From assembly GCA_963663405.2 (NCBI GenBank), contig CAXXSM010000093.1, forward strand, positions 1-30,988: a DNA stretch of 30,988 nucleotides, written 5' to 3'. Position numbers and translations under genes: made by a program. Source of the DNA: a bacterium. Its GTDB lineage: Bacteria; Hinthialibacterota; Hinthialibacteria; Hinthialibacterales; Hinthialibacteraceae. Each line of letters opens with the position of its first letter. Position 1 is the first letter of the stretch. The notes beneath the pieces are model-generated. The model searched no databases, was not told the DNA's origin, and saw only the letters and a program-made list of their open reading frames with translations. Shown here in pieces: positions 19,762-28,866 of the stretch.

Positions 19762-21051
19762 ATGATTATAGATGATCTTTTTGAGGAGATCGTAGAACAG
19801 GGATTGTGTACGCGGTGTGGGGCTTGTGTTGGATTTTGTCCTCATGACTGTATCGGGTGGGATCACGTTCGTGGGCTGCCTGTGAAAGGTTCTGGGTGTA
19901 ATGATTGCAATCTTTGTATGGAGGCGTGTCCGGGGAAGGAAGTAGATTTTTCGGGATTGCGAAATTTGGTGTTTCCTGGGAATGAAGAGGAAGCGCGGGA
20001 ATCCCGGTTGGGGTATTACCGGAAAATCCGGATGCTGCATTCGAGAGATGAAACGATTCGAAGCGAGGCGGCCAGCGGGGGGGTGATTACGTCTCTTTTT
20101 CTTGATCTGCTGCAAAGCGGAGCTGTGGATGGTGTTTTGGCGTTGGGAATGGATCCGGAAAAGCCACATCAGGCTCTCCCGATTCTGACTAGCGATCCAG
20201 AAGATGTGTTAAGAACACAGCAGAGTAAATACATCGCGCATCCGATCCTCACTCCACTTTGGGAAATCGTGAGAGGGAAGAAAACATACGCGCTGACGGC
20301 GCTGCCCTGTCAAGTTCATGCGCTGCGCCTGATGCAGAAAAAACATCCCCGGTTATTGAAGAATATCAAATTGATCATCGGGCTCTATTGCGGAAATCTG
20401 TGGGAACCGGAAGCGACGGCGGCGATCATCCGCAAATTGGGATTTAAGAATCTATCGGACATTCAAGAGTTGCAATACCGCGCCGGAGAGTGGCCGGGCC
20501 GAATTCAAGTCCAGGCGAAAAATGGGGAGACGCGTTCGATCTCCAAAGAAGGATCGAATTATCTTTCCTTTTTATATACGGTAGACCGCTGCTTTACCTG
20601 CGCCGATCATACGGCGGAATTCGCCGATCTATCCGTGGGGGATGGTTGGTTATATGAGAATGAATCAAAAGGCGGTTGGTCGGTAGTGATTACCCGGACG
20701 GAGGCTGGTGAGGAAGCGATTCAAGGGGCTTTGAAGCATGGAATGATTACTGGTCATGAGATTGATTACCAAACCGGCGCCGAAATGCACTCTCACCATC
20801 TGGACAATAAGCGCCAAGGAGCGTACATTCGTATAGAGCAACGCAGAGTGCGGGGAATTCCCACGCCGGATTATAATGAACCGATCCCATCGTACACACG
20901 CAAGCGCTGGTGGAAGGAACGGATAGTGGAAGGAATCACGCGGTTGGGCAAGCGGCGCTGGTTTCGGACTTTGGCGCACGCTATCCCGATTTCGATTCAT
21001 GAAAGGTTGATGACGAGAATCAGGCGTTTATGGATGAGGAAAACTCGGTGA
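19762..21051 (+). CDS. Coenzyme F420 hydrogenase/dehydrogenase beta-subunit (FrhB/FdhB) family protein with N-terminal 2x[4Fe-4S] domain
   Basis: CTRCGACVGFCP and CNDCNLCMEACP; AASGGVIT, QQSKY, LPCQV, IGLYC, CFTCAD..FADLSVGDGW. Confidence 0.9.
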   Translation: MIIDDLFEEIVEQGLCTRCGACVGFCPHDCIGWDHVRGLPVKGSGCNDCNLCMEACPGKEVDFSGLRNLVFPGNEEEARESRLGYYRKIRMLHSRDETIRSEAASGGVITSLFLDLLQSGAVDGVLALGMDPEKPHQALPILTSDPEDVLRTQQSKYIAHPILTPLWEIVRGKKTYALTALPCQVHALRLMQKKHPRLLKNIKLIIGLYCGNLWEPEATAAIIRKLGFKNLSDIQELQYRAGEWPGRIQVQAKNGETRSISKEGSNYLSFLYTVDRCFTCADHTAEFADLSVGDGWLYENESKGGWSVVITRTEAGEEAIQGALKHGMITGHEIDYQTGAEMHSHHLDNKRQGAYIRIEQRRVRGIPTPDYNEPIPSYTRKRWWKERIVEGITRLGKRRWFRTLAHAIPISIHERLMTRIRRLWMRKTR

Positions 21052-21198
21052 TCGAATAGTATGAATAGTTTTAATTTTCTTTGGAATTATGCCATGGAAA
21101 AAATATTCTCTTGCCACTCATAAACAACAAAAATCGTTTATTATAAAGTAGTAGAATAATGGATAAATCATATTTTTATACTATACAAGGGGGAGAGA

Positions 21199-22152
21199 TT
21201 GGGATCGAAGCCAAGTAAACAATCTTCTATATACGGTCAAGTGGCGTTATCCCAAGCCTACCGGATTTTAGGATTGGGGGACCGGGATGAGAATTCTCCT
21301 TGTTACGGCTGTTTCGACCGTTCGTACTGGCATTACCGGCAGACGGACATCGTCAACGCCCGGTTTCAAGAAACTTGTCATTTCCTCGCGCTCCTTTATG
21401 TATATCCCGCATCGGACAACCGATTTTATCAGAAAGATATCATCCGGGAGTGGGCGGACGCGACAGTGGATTTTTGGACCTATATTCAACGCAGCGATGG
21501 CAGTTTTGATGAATATTGGCCATTCGAACGGTCGTTTGTCGCGACAGCGTTCTCCTTGGCGGCGGCCGCGGAAACCTGTCTGATTCTATCGCTCGATCCT
21601 CCAAAGGATTCCATTCTCAAAGCCTGCCGGTGGTTGGATGACAATGAGAACCTTGCGGTATTGAACCAAATGGCGGGCGCGGCGGTGGCGCTGGCGTCCA
21701 GCGGGGTTTTATTAGATGATGATAATCTATCAAAACAAGCGAGGCGGAAAATCGACCGGCTGCTCGATCGGCAGGCGCCGGAGGGCTATTTTGAGGAATA
21801 TGGGGGATGGGATATCGGATATTTAACGATTAATATCTCCTATTTAGCGAAATACGTGCAGATCACCAACGACGAACAAGTGATCGCGGCGTTGAAAAAA
21901 GCGTTTCGATTTCTCGATGGGAAAATAAAAGCGAACGGAAGTTACGATTACAAGGAGACAAGCCGGAAAACACAGTTCTTTTATCCTTTTGGATTCCGGG
22001 TTATGGAAGAAAATGATATTCTATCCCGCCATCGGAACGGGGTCACAAATAATGAAGTGTTGAATCCTTCTTGGATGGATGACCGATTCTGCGTCCCGCT
22101 TTCGATTGATTACCTCCAGACCGCTTATGTGGATTTGATTGAAATTGCGTAA
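21199..22152 (+). CDS. Hypothetical protein, probable alpha/alpha toroid fold
   Basis: TTG start after GGGGAG. Motifs GCFDRSYWHY, IQRSDGSFDEYWP and QAPEGYFEEYGGWDIGY resemble prenyltransferase/squalene-cyclase QxxDG repeats. Confidence 0.7.
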   Translation: MGSKPSKQSSIYGQVALSQAYRILGLGDRDENSPCYGCFDRSYWHYRQTDIVNARFQETCHFLALLYVYPASDNRFYQKDIIREWADATVDFWTYIQRSDGSFDEYWPFERSFVATAFSLAAAAETCLILSLDPPKDSILKACRWLDDNENLAVLNQMAGAAVALASSGVLLDDDNLSKQARRKIDRLLDRQAPEGYFEEYGGWDIGYLTINISYLAKYVQITNDEQVIAALKKAFRFLDGKIKANGSYDYKETSRKTQFFYPFGFRVMEENDILSRHRNGVTNNEVLNPSWMDDRFCVPLSIDYLQTAYVDLIEIA

Positions 22153-22163
22153 GCGGCGGTGAT

Positions 22164-22745
22164 TTATAAACCAAACCGCATGATATCGCCGTTGGATAAC
22201 AGTCCATTGGACACCTCAAAAGGCGCCAAGTCTCCACCACCTGCGGCTTCAAAATCTCCATCCGGCCCATAGCTCATCAACGCCCACTGGCCGTTTGGGC
22301 TCTGTTGGTTCGTGAAATGGCGGCCCAGCGCGGTCGGCGTCCGATAACCGTCCGCAAATTTTGGTTCCCAATAGGGATACGTGTTCATTTGTTCACTGGA
22401 CTCTTCTTGGAGTATAATTGTGTTGAACTTATCTTCCGGAACGGCGCTCATATAGGAGACGGGCGTAGTCAATTTGGAAAGACGCTCGTAACGGGACATC
22501 TGGTATCCCGAACAGGTTCCAGAGTAGCAGCCCTCGCTATAGGTGCGGGGAGGATGATTATTATCAATGCGGTAGCTTTCAATGGCCGTGCCTAGGTTGC
22601 GCATATCCGCTTCCGCTGCAGCGATTTTCGCCCGGACTTGCGCGTTCAGAAAGTTCGGCACAGCGATCGCTGCGAGAATGCCAATAATGGCCACAACAAT
22701 AAGAAGTTCAATCAAAGTAAATCCAGACCGCTGTTTGTTACTCAT
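22164..22745 (-). CDS. Prepilin-type N-terminal cleavage/methylation domain protein (GspG/pilin-like)
   Basis: G|FTLIELLIVVAIIGILAAIAVPNF class III signal; LTTPVSYMSAVPEDKF and SYGPDGD motifs. Confidence 0.9.
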   Translation of the reverse strand: MSNKQRSGFTLIELLIVVAIIGILAAIAVPNFLNAQVRAKIAAAEADMRNLGTAIESYRIDNNHPPRTYSEGCYSGTCSGYQMSRYERLSKLTTPVSYMSAVPEDKFNTIILQEESSEQMNTYPYWEPKFADGYRTPTALGRHFTNQQSPNGQWALMSYGPDGDFEAAGGGDLAPFEVSNGLLSNGDIMRFGL

Positions 22746-22914
22746 AATCTTCTATCTCTCTGTTAAAAAAATTGATAAACATCTATTAGAGAAGTGTAAT
22801 TAAACGGACTAATCCTGCAAGGATACAGTTGTAAATCAATGTATTTTTATAATTCACATTATTCGAACGATATTATTGTAATAATCTGGAATTAGTATGG
22901 CCGCGCAATCATTA

Positions 22915-24534
22915 TCATTTTTTGATAATTTTAAGATAAAGAATCGCGTCTCCAGAAAAGGGGGAGGAGAATTTTTGTTCACCTTCTCCCGTGATTCGAC
23001 TGTTTTTTTCGTCTTTAAGCCACTGGCCGGTTGTGGGTTCATACCATTGAACGGTGTATGTCCCTCTCGGTAGATGGACGCTCACGGATGGTTTTGTGTT
23101 AGCTACATTCGCTTTTTGGGGATTCCGCGAATCGGGATTTTGGAGGTAGACGATCGTTTTTTCTTGATCATGGATACATTTATACTGCTGTGGATCGCAG
23201 CCGGCCATCTCGTCAGCGGGGATCATTCCAACAAGAGAGATTCCCGTGTCGTGGAAGAATTTGTGGATGTATTGAAAATCATGGGCGCCGTCTTTCAACT
23301 TTCCCGCATTGACTGCGTCCGCATAGCCCTGCACGCCTTTCAATTCTCCATCGTACGCTTCGTATGTCCGCAGGCCTCCATACGCCGCGGAACCACCGGA
23401 CAGCAGACAAGCCCACATCAACCGCCGGAAAAAGTAACGGGGGTGTTCGGGATTGCGGTAACATTCATAGCGGTCTTCATCTAGAATGACGGGATCATCT
23501 CCCCAGCGCCAATAAAGCAGCACGGCGCGGCCATCCGTTTGATCGAGATCCTCTATTGTGATGATATCCGACCATTCCGCGTTGGTGAATGAGTATCCTT
23601 GAAAACGTCTTTGATGGTTCGTGAGTAAAGTGCCCCACGGTTCACGGCGGCGCATATCCATGCCGATGGTATGAATGACACTGAGCGGAATGTCTCGTTT
23701 TCCTAATTTATCCTCGCGAGATACGATGTCGCGGTCGTTTGATACGCACCAATATATATTGGGAAACGAAGAGAAACGCGCTTGGGCGTATCGCGCAGTG
23801 AAAATGGACGCGCGGTCTCCATCTCCATAGCGCCGGATCTCGGCTGTGTCTTCACCGAATGGAATCAATTGCAGGATTAGACTAGGGTGTTGATTCAAGG
23901 CGTACGCCACGCGGCGGTCAATTTCCTGCCAGTAGGGAAGATTCATACCCATCCGGTCTTCTTGGAAAAGGGCGCTGACATCGCTGCGTCCCCGGCAGAA
24001 CCATGTGCGGATTTTGGTGAATCCCGCCTGAGCCGCCTGATCGATGTACGCTTTCCATTCCGGTTCCGTATCGGTGACGTAGCGGTAACCGGTGTCGCCG
24101 ATATGGAGAAACCATTCGCCATTATCGTAAGCGAATTGATGGGGATCGGTTGGATGTTTTCGCAATTTGCCTTTTAAAGACGATGAATTTACAGTGAACG
24201 TTCCGGTCTTGTGATTCATGTCCGCCCAGTTGGATACGGAAGACCATTTCCATTGACCGGGGGTGTCGCAATACGCTCTTGCGCGGTAGGTGTTATCACC
24301 ATCATAGAATCCATCGACAACCACACGAGCTGAATCCGGCCTGACGAAGATCACTTGCAGGGAAATATCAAAAAAGGGATTTTGCCCGTTAAGGGCTGTT
24401 TGGAACGAGATTTCATAAACTCCTCTATGAGGCGCGGTTTGCGTATTCTTTACTATGTGGTCCGCTTGCGCGCCGTCTGTCTGAAGTCCGGTCATAATAA
24501 GTAGACAAAGAAGGATCGGGAATGGAATTTTCAT
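22915..24534 (-). CDS. Secreted DUF5060/DUF4038 (apiosidase-like) protein with C-terminal collagen-binding-like domain
   Basis: Signal peptide; NPFFD..DGFYDG..YRAR..PGQWKW, FAYDNGEWFLHIGDT, IYWCVSND, and YTVQWYEPTTG..SPFSGDAILYL. Confidence 0.8.
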   Translation of the reverse strand: MKIPFPILLCLLIMTGLQTDGAQADHIVKNTQTAPHRGVYEISFQTALNGQNPFFDISLQVIFVRPDSARVVVDGFYDGDNTYRARAYCDTPGQWKWSSVSNWADMNHKTGTFTVNSSSLKGKLRKHPTDPHQFAYDNGEWFLHIGDTGYRYVTDTEPEWKAYIDQAAQAGFTKIRTWFCRGRSDVSALFQEDRMGMNLPYWQEIDRRVAYALNQHPSLILQLIPFGEDTAEIRRYGDGDRASIFTARYAQARFSSFPNIYWCVSNDRDIVSREDKLGKRDIPLSVIHTIGMDMRRREPWGTLLTNHQRRFQGYSFTNAEWSDIITIEDLDQTDGRAVLLYWRWGDDPVILDEDRYECYRNPEHPRYFFRRLMWACLLSGGSAAYGGLRTYEAYDGELKGVQGYADAVNAGKLKDGAHDFQYIHKFFHDTGISLVGMIPADEMAGCDPQQYKCIHDQEKTIVYLQNPDSRNPQKANVANTKPSVSVHLPRGTYTVQWYEPTTGQWLKDEKNSRITGEGEQKFSSPFSGDAILYLKIIKK

Positions 24535-24653
24535 AATCGATTAAGCGCCTTTTACTTATTTCGAATTGTCTTTGAATCATTCAACATACAAATCGTAAGG
24601 AATCTCCTTTCAAAGTTCAAGGAACTCTGCATCTGAAGGGAACCAATACTTTA

Positions 24654-24681
24654 TTGACGCTTTTGTCCCTTGCGGTATACT
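24654..24681 (+). promoter_or_regulatory. Sigma70-like promoter of the TA operon
   Basis: TTGACG-16 nt-TATACT about 100 nt before the antitoxin ATG. Confidence 0.5.
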
Positions 24682-24784
24682 GAATCATGCATTCCAATAA
24701 GGGAGCGCATGTTGTTTATTGGCAACCAGAAACGAGATAATCGTTTTCAGTTTCTCAAACAATGAACCGAAAGGATATTGTACG

Positions 24785-25012
24785 ATGACTTTAATCGCTG
24801 AAGTGACAGAGCAAGGAGTGTTGCGCGTGAAATCACCGGCGCTCAAGCCAGGGGATGAAGTCATTCTGGAGACATGTGAAGGGGGGATTCGTTATACCGA
24901 CAAGGGAAAATGGTCTGAAATCAAAAAAGCGCTAGCGAAAGCCAATACACTGGATTTTCCACGGCGCACTCACGAGGAAATTCTCCGAGACCTTCACGAA
25001 TTGAGAGGGTAA
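24785..25012 (+). CDS. Putative antitoxin (VapB-like, AbrB-type beta N-terminus)
   Basis: 75 aa, MTLIAEVTEQGVLRVKSPALKPGDEVIL..RRTHEEILRDLHELRG, ending 4 nt before the PIN gene; AAAGGA RBS. Confidence 0.7.
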   Translation: MTLIAEVTEQGVLRVKSPALKPGDEVILETCEGGIRYTDKGKWSEIKKALAKANTLDFPRRTHEEILRDLHELRG

Positions 25013-25016
25013 ACGG

Positions 25017-25436
25017 ATGAAAATCGCCTATGTGGATTCATCTGTATGGATTGCCCAATGTGAAGGCACGGAAGCGTACCAAAACATCATTGATGAGAAA
25101 CTCACCTCGTTAGAGAATGAGGATTGGATATTTGCGTTCTCTGACTTGGTTTCTCTAGAGGTTCTCCTGAAACCACGCCGCCAAAAACAGACGGACCTTA
25201 TAGAAGCCTATGATGAGGCATTCGCATAAGCATTGCCGCTTCCAACCTTTGGCGCTGTTTTAAAGAATGCCCTCTGTATCGCCCAGACAGACAACCTCAA
25301 AGCCATGGATGCAATCCACATCGCGTTTGCCGTTAACTATGAATGTGAACTCTTCGTTACCACGGACCCCGATTTCCGCACTCTTAAAAGTATCCCTCTC
25401 CATTGGATTGATTTGAGCCAGGCAGCCCCGTCATGA
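25017..25436 (+). pseudogene. PIN-domain (VapC-like) toxin with an in-frame TAA at 25227-25229
   Basis: The two halves, AYVDSSVWI..SDLVSLEVL and LKAMDAIHIAFA..FVTTD, are in the same frame and separated by one stop. Confidence 0.8.
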
Positions 25437-25750
25437 AGTTCTTGTAATAATCTAGCCAAACGCCGACATGTTTTTCCTTGATGAAATGTCAAATTCGTAC
25501 CAATTTGATACGAGTCCAGATACTGACGTCTGCGCCAGAGCATGAATTCTAAGCGAACGAGTTCCATATTCTTTTGTAAAAAGGGCTGAGTATTAAACTA
25601 AAAACGTATTTCTCTACTCGATGACCTTTTTCCTTTACTTTTTAGAAGAAAAAAAAACGCTATTAAATTTATTTGCCTTGTGATGGGATATTATTTTACA
25701 TTCTTTTTAAATCATCTCCGCAACGATAAGAATGGATTCATTAAGGCATG

Positions 25751-25885
25751 TGTCAATTTTGGGATAGAAATGAGATGAATATCCATTTTCGGACACAAGA
25801 ATCTCATTTTTGAAATCCCCGAATTTCTATGGATTATACAACCTATTGATTAATAAAGATTTACAAATATGGCATGATAATTGTA
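25751..25885 (+). promoter_or_regulatory. Putative sigma54 promoter with IHF site and upstream enhancer-like boxes
   Basis: TGGCATGATAATTGTA at 25870-25885 (consensus TGGCACGnnnnTTGCW). IHF consensus AATCAAtaggTTG on the minus strand at 25839-25851. TRTC-N8-GAYA boxes at 25751-25766 and 25780-25795. Confidence 0.6.
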
Positions 25886-25932
25886 GTAAGACGAAATTGT
25901 AGTTAGTTATAAAATTAACCAGGAGGTTGATC

Positions 25933-26079
25933 ATGAGTGAAGTCCCCCCAGTTGTAGGAAATGAAGAAGCCGTCGAAGAACGTACATTTGCAGTCAGTTT
26001 TGACTCGAACGAAGATTTCAGCAACGTGCAGTGGTTGGATATTATCCGGGAATATGAATGGGAAGGAACTGCGGACTAA
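25933..26079 (+). CDS. Small acidic protein (48 aa), unknown function
   Basis: AGGAGG RBS at 25921-25926, 6 nt before the ATG. Sequence MSEVPPVVGNEEAVEERTFAVSFDSNEDFSNVQWLDIIREYEWEGTAD*. Followed by hairpins. Confidence 0.7.
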   Translation: MSEVPPVVGNEEAVEERTFAVSFDSNEDFSNVQWLDIIREYEWEGTAD

Positions 26080-26117
26080 TTAAACCGCAGGTTTCATAAA
26101 ACCTGAATTCATTTCCA

Positions 26118-26148
26118 CTGGTCAACGGTAAATTGACCACTGCTTTTT
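26118..26148 (+). terminator. Possible terminator after the small ORF
   Basis: TGGTCAA-cggtaaa-TTGACCA stem followed by ctgcTTTTT. Confidence 0.45.
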
Positions 26149-26432
26149 CCCCACAATGGAGATGAAGAAAGAAGCGTCTCCGTTTGGCTTTCCCGTCTTA
26201 TTTCTCCTGTCCCACTTTAACCATTCAATCTTACCTTAACTGAGTTCTTCAGTACTGATTTTTCTCTGCCAATTGTTTCTGAGCAGTTTCTCTGGTAGAG
26301 TTTGAAAATCATTTATCACTTATAAACTAACATGATTGAGTGATCACAACATGCAAATGAAAATGAGTCGCGGTAGAGTTTGCGAATGAGATAGTTCTTG
26401 AGACTCATTTTCATATAAAAGGGAGTTAAAGG

Positions 26433-27377
26433 ATGCAACGGCGAATGGTTTTGAAGACGCTTGGGGCAATGGCGGGTGTTTCCGCTTTGAGTGGAGTGGC
26501 TGGAAGTGAAGCGACGGAGATGATTTGGAAGACAGCGGTTGGGTTGAATGGATTCGCTTCCGGGGAACGGAAATATGGGAAAAACTATCCGATCTGGGAG
26601 GTGTTGGATTTCGCATCCCGGACCGGATTCAATGGAGTGGAACTGGTGGATGGGTGGCCTTCGGGAGGCTATCCATCCGCTGAGGATACTCTGCGTGTAG
26701 ATGCGTTGCGGCGGTTGTATGACGCGTTTAGCCTTCAAATCTTTTCGATTCAACTGGGAGTCGCGGACGCGTTTGATCCGGAAGAGGAAAAACGGAAGAA
26801 CTGGCTGAAACAGTTTCGTAAGCGCGTGAGTCTGGCGAAGGCGCTGGGTTGTGACTGCGTGGGGATGTGGCCGGGAGGCGGGCTGCGCGGTCAGACCATT
26901 GACGCGGCGATTGCGCGATTGGGATTATCGTTCCGTGAGGCGGCGAATATCGCGTCCGGGATGGGGATTCTGCCCGCCTTTGAAATCGAACCACCGTTCG
27001 TATTTAATACGGAAGAGCACATGCGGCGGATTTTAGAAACAGCGGATCATCCATCATTGAAAGTAATTTACGATCCGAGTCATTTTGATTTAATGAACGG
27101 ATCAACCGGGAAACCGCATGAGATGCTGCAGCGGATCGGCGTGGAAAATATTGGCTACCTTCATTTAACCGATACGGACGGCGCGCTGCGCGACGGTGGG
27201 ACATCAAAACATCTCGCCTGTGGGGATGGGCATGTGGATATCGGCCTGTCACTGCGGATTCTGCGTGATGGAGGATTTCGGGGTTGGATCATGATTGATG
27301 AGTGGGAAATCCCCGATCCTTATGACGCTTGTGTAAAAGGAAAGCAGGCGATTGACCGGGTGAACCGGCCGCTTTGA
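26433..27377 (+). CDS. Tat-exported sugar phosphate isomerase/epimerase (xylose isomerase-like TIM barrel)
   Basis: MQRRMVLK signal; GFNGVEL, AFEIEP, IYDPSH, YLHLTD, CGDGHVD, GFRGWIMIDEW. Confidence 0.88.
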   Translation: MQRRMVLKTLGAMAGVSALSGVAGSEATEMIWKTAVGLNGFASGERKYGKNYPIWEVLDFASRTGFNGVELVDGWPSGGYPSAEDTLRVDALRRLYDAFSLQIFSIQLGVADAFDPEEEKRKNWLKQFRKRVSLAKALGCDCVGMWPGGGLRGQTIDAAIARLGLSFREAANIASGMGILPAFEIEPPFVFNTEEHMRRILETADHPSLKVIYDPSHFDLMNGSTGKPHEMLQRIGVENIGYLHLTDTDGALRDGGTSKHLACGDGHVDIGLSLRILRDGGFRGWIMIDEWEIPDPYDACVKGKQAIDRVNRPL

Positions 27378-27436
27378 CGGCTGTGAGAGTTTGTTTTCGT
27401 TCTAACATTTGATGTAAGCCTACAAGGAGTTTTTCT

Positions 27437-28369
27437 ATGCGTTTGATCCTAATCGTATTGCTATTCGCAAGCGCGCCGGTTTGGTGTGAAAGCGTTGAAC
27501 CGCCCTTTCAATCCGCTGGGGAGGGAGTGTTTACGTTCGATACTGGTGTGGTGAAAGGGCGGTTGCAGGCGGGGCCTCACTCGCAGAGCATTGTATCGAT
27601 GATCGATGTGAAGAGTGGGCAGGAATTGGCGCATGAAGGGGTGGGGATCTTTAGTTACTACCGTGTTTTTTCAACGAACAAACGGTATGGAGACGCCGCG
27701 CGGGATTGGCCGAACACCTCCCGGCTTTTATCCAATGGCGCGGTAGAGATCGTCTGGCCGCCAGCGGCGGATCACCCAGTTGAACTGCGCGCAACGTTCA
27801 AATGGATAGCCCCGGATACGCTCGATCTCGTGACATTTGTAGAGCCACAGATTGCTATGCCGGATTTCGAGGTGTTTCTATCATCCTATTTCAATCAAAA
27901 CATGGATAGTTATGTCTATGCAAAATCGGGATATCATACACAAGGAGCGCCCACTTTTCTCGCGGCCGATGTCAATCCATTGGTCCGGGGAACCTACCTG
28001 GCGTTTCCCCGCGATCTGGATGCGGCGAAGATTCTATACGATGGGCGATGGAACTACCCTCCTCATCCCGTACAGTTTTCTCTTACGCAGCGATTCGAGT
28101 GTCCCTTGTGTATGAGAAAGGATCGTGATACGGGAATGACTGTTTTGCTAATGTCACGTCCGGAAGACTGTTTCGCGATTGAAACACCATACAACATGCG
28201 TCCACCGGATGGCGTAGCGAGCCATGCGTCTCTCTATTTCTCTCTCTTCGGGAGAGATATTCAGGCGGGAGAAAAAGTGAAAGCATCTACCCGCCTTATC
28301 ATAGGAAAGGATATACCGGAAAAAAGAGCCCTTGAAGTTTTTGAGAAATATATTTCAGATACGAAATAA
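27437..28369 (+). CDS. Secreted hypothetical protein (beta-rich, possibly galactose-mutarotase-like)
   Basis: AAGGAG RBS, signal peptide MRLILIVLLFASAPVWC, intact 310-aa ORF. Confidence 0.75.
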   Translation: MRLILIVLLFASAPVWCESVEPPFQSAGEGVFTFDTGVVKGRLQAGPHSQSIVSMIDVKSGQELAHEGVGIFSYYRVFSTNKRYGDAARDWPNTSRLLSNGAVEIVWPPAADHPVELRATFKWIAPDTLDLVTFVEPQIAMPDFEVFLSSYFNQNMDSYVYAKSGYHTQGAPTFLAADVNPLVRGTYLAFPRDLDAAKILYDGRWNYPPHPVQFSLTQRFECPLCMRKDRDTGMTVLLMSRPEDCFAIETPYNMRPPDGVASHASLYFSLFGRDIQAGEKVKASTRLIIGKDIPEKRALEVFEKYISDTK

Positions 28370-28866
28370 CAGAATCGATGTTTCCCATTTTAAAGCCTAT
28401 CCTACCGTCAAAATCATTCCGTTGCTTCAATTCATCAATGAGCAATCTTAAATAACGCCAGACTTGAATGACGCCTTTTTCTTTTAAAATGAAATAAAAT
28501 GCCATATTTCAAGCCATATGTTGTGTATTAAATGACCTTTGTGTCCAATCAGCGGAGTATTGATGGACAATTGTCTTCTTCCCGGTCATAAATAAAAATA
28601 AATACATATTCTAAAATTGAAGAATTCGTAATAAAATGTAAAATTATTGGAGTTATCATAATGCGATTCATCCGGGTGATAGACAAGACAGATAGAAAGA
28701 GACTTCTTCCCGGCCATCATAAAGTAACGACAATGGATGGAGATGATGTAAGCAACCATCTATTACAATAAACATGTACAACAAAAACCGCATATTCGCT
28801 TAACGGCGTTTAACTATGGCGCAATAAGCGTATAAAATCGATTCGTAAACATCTAGGAGTCGTTGT

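Noticed and set aside
19762-21051. True F420-reducing hydrogenase
   Set aside because: No FrhA/FrhG subunits or maturation genes are adjacent.
25933-26079. Type I toxin or RiPP cluster
   Set aside because: The peptide is acidic with no TM helix, and no modification enzymes or transporter are adjacent. It is kept only as an unknown small protein.
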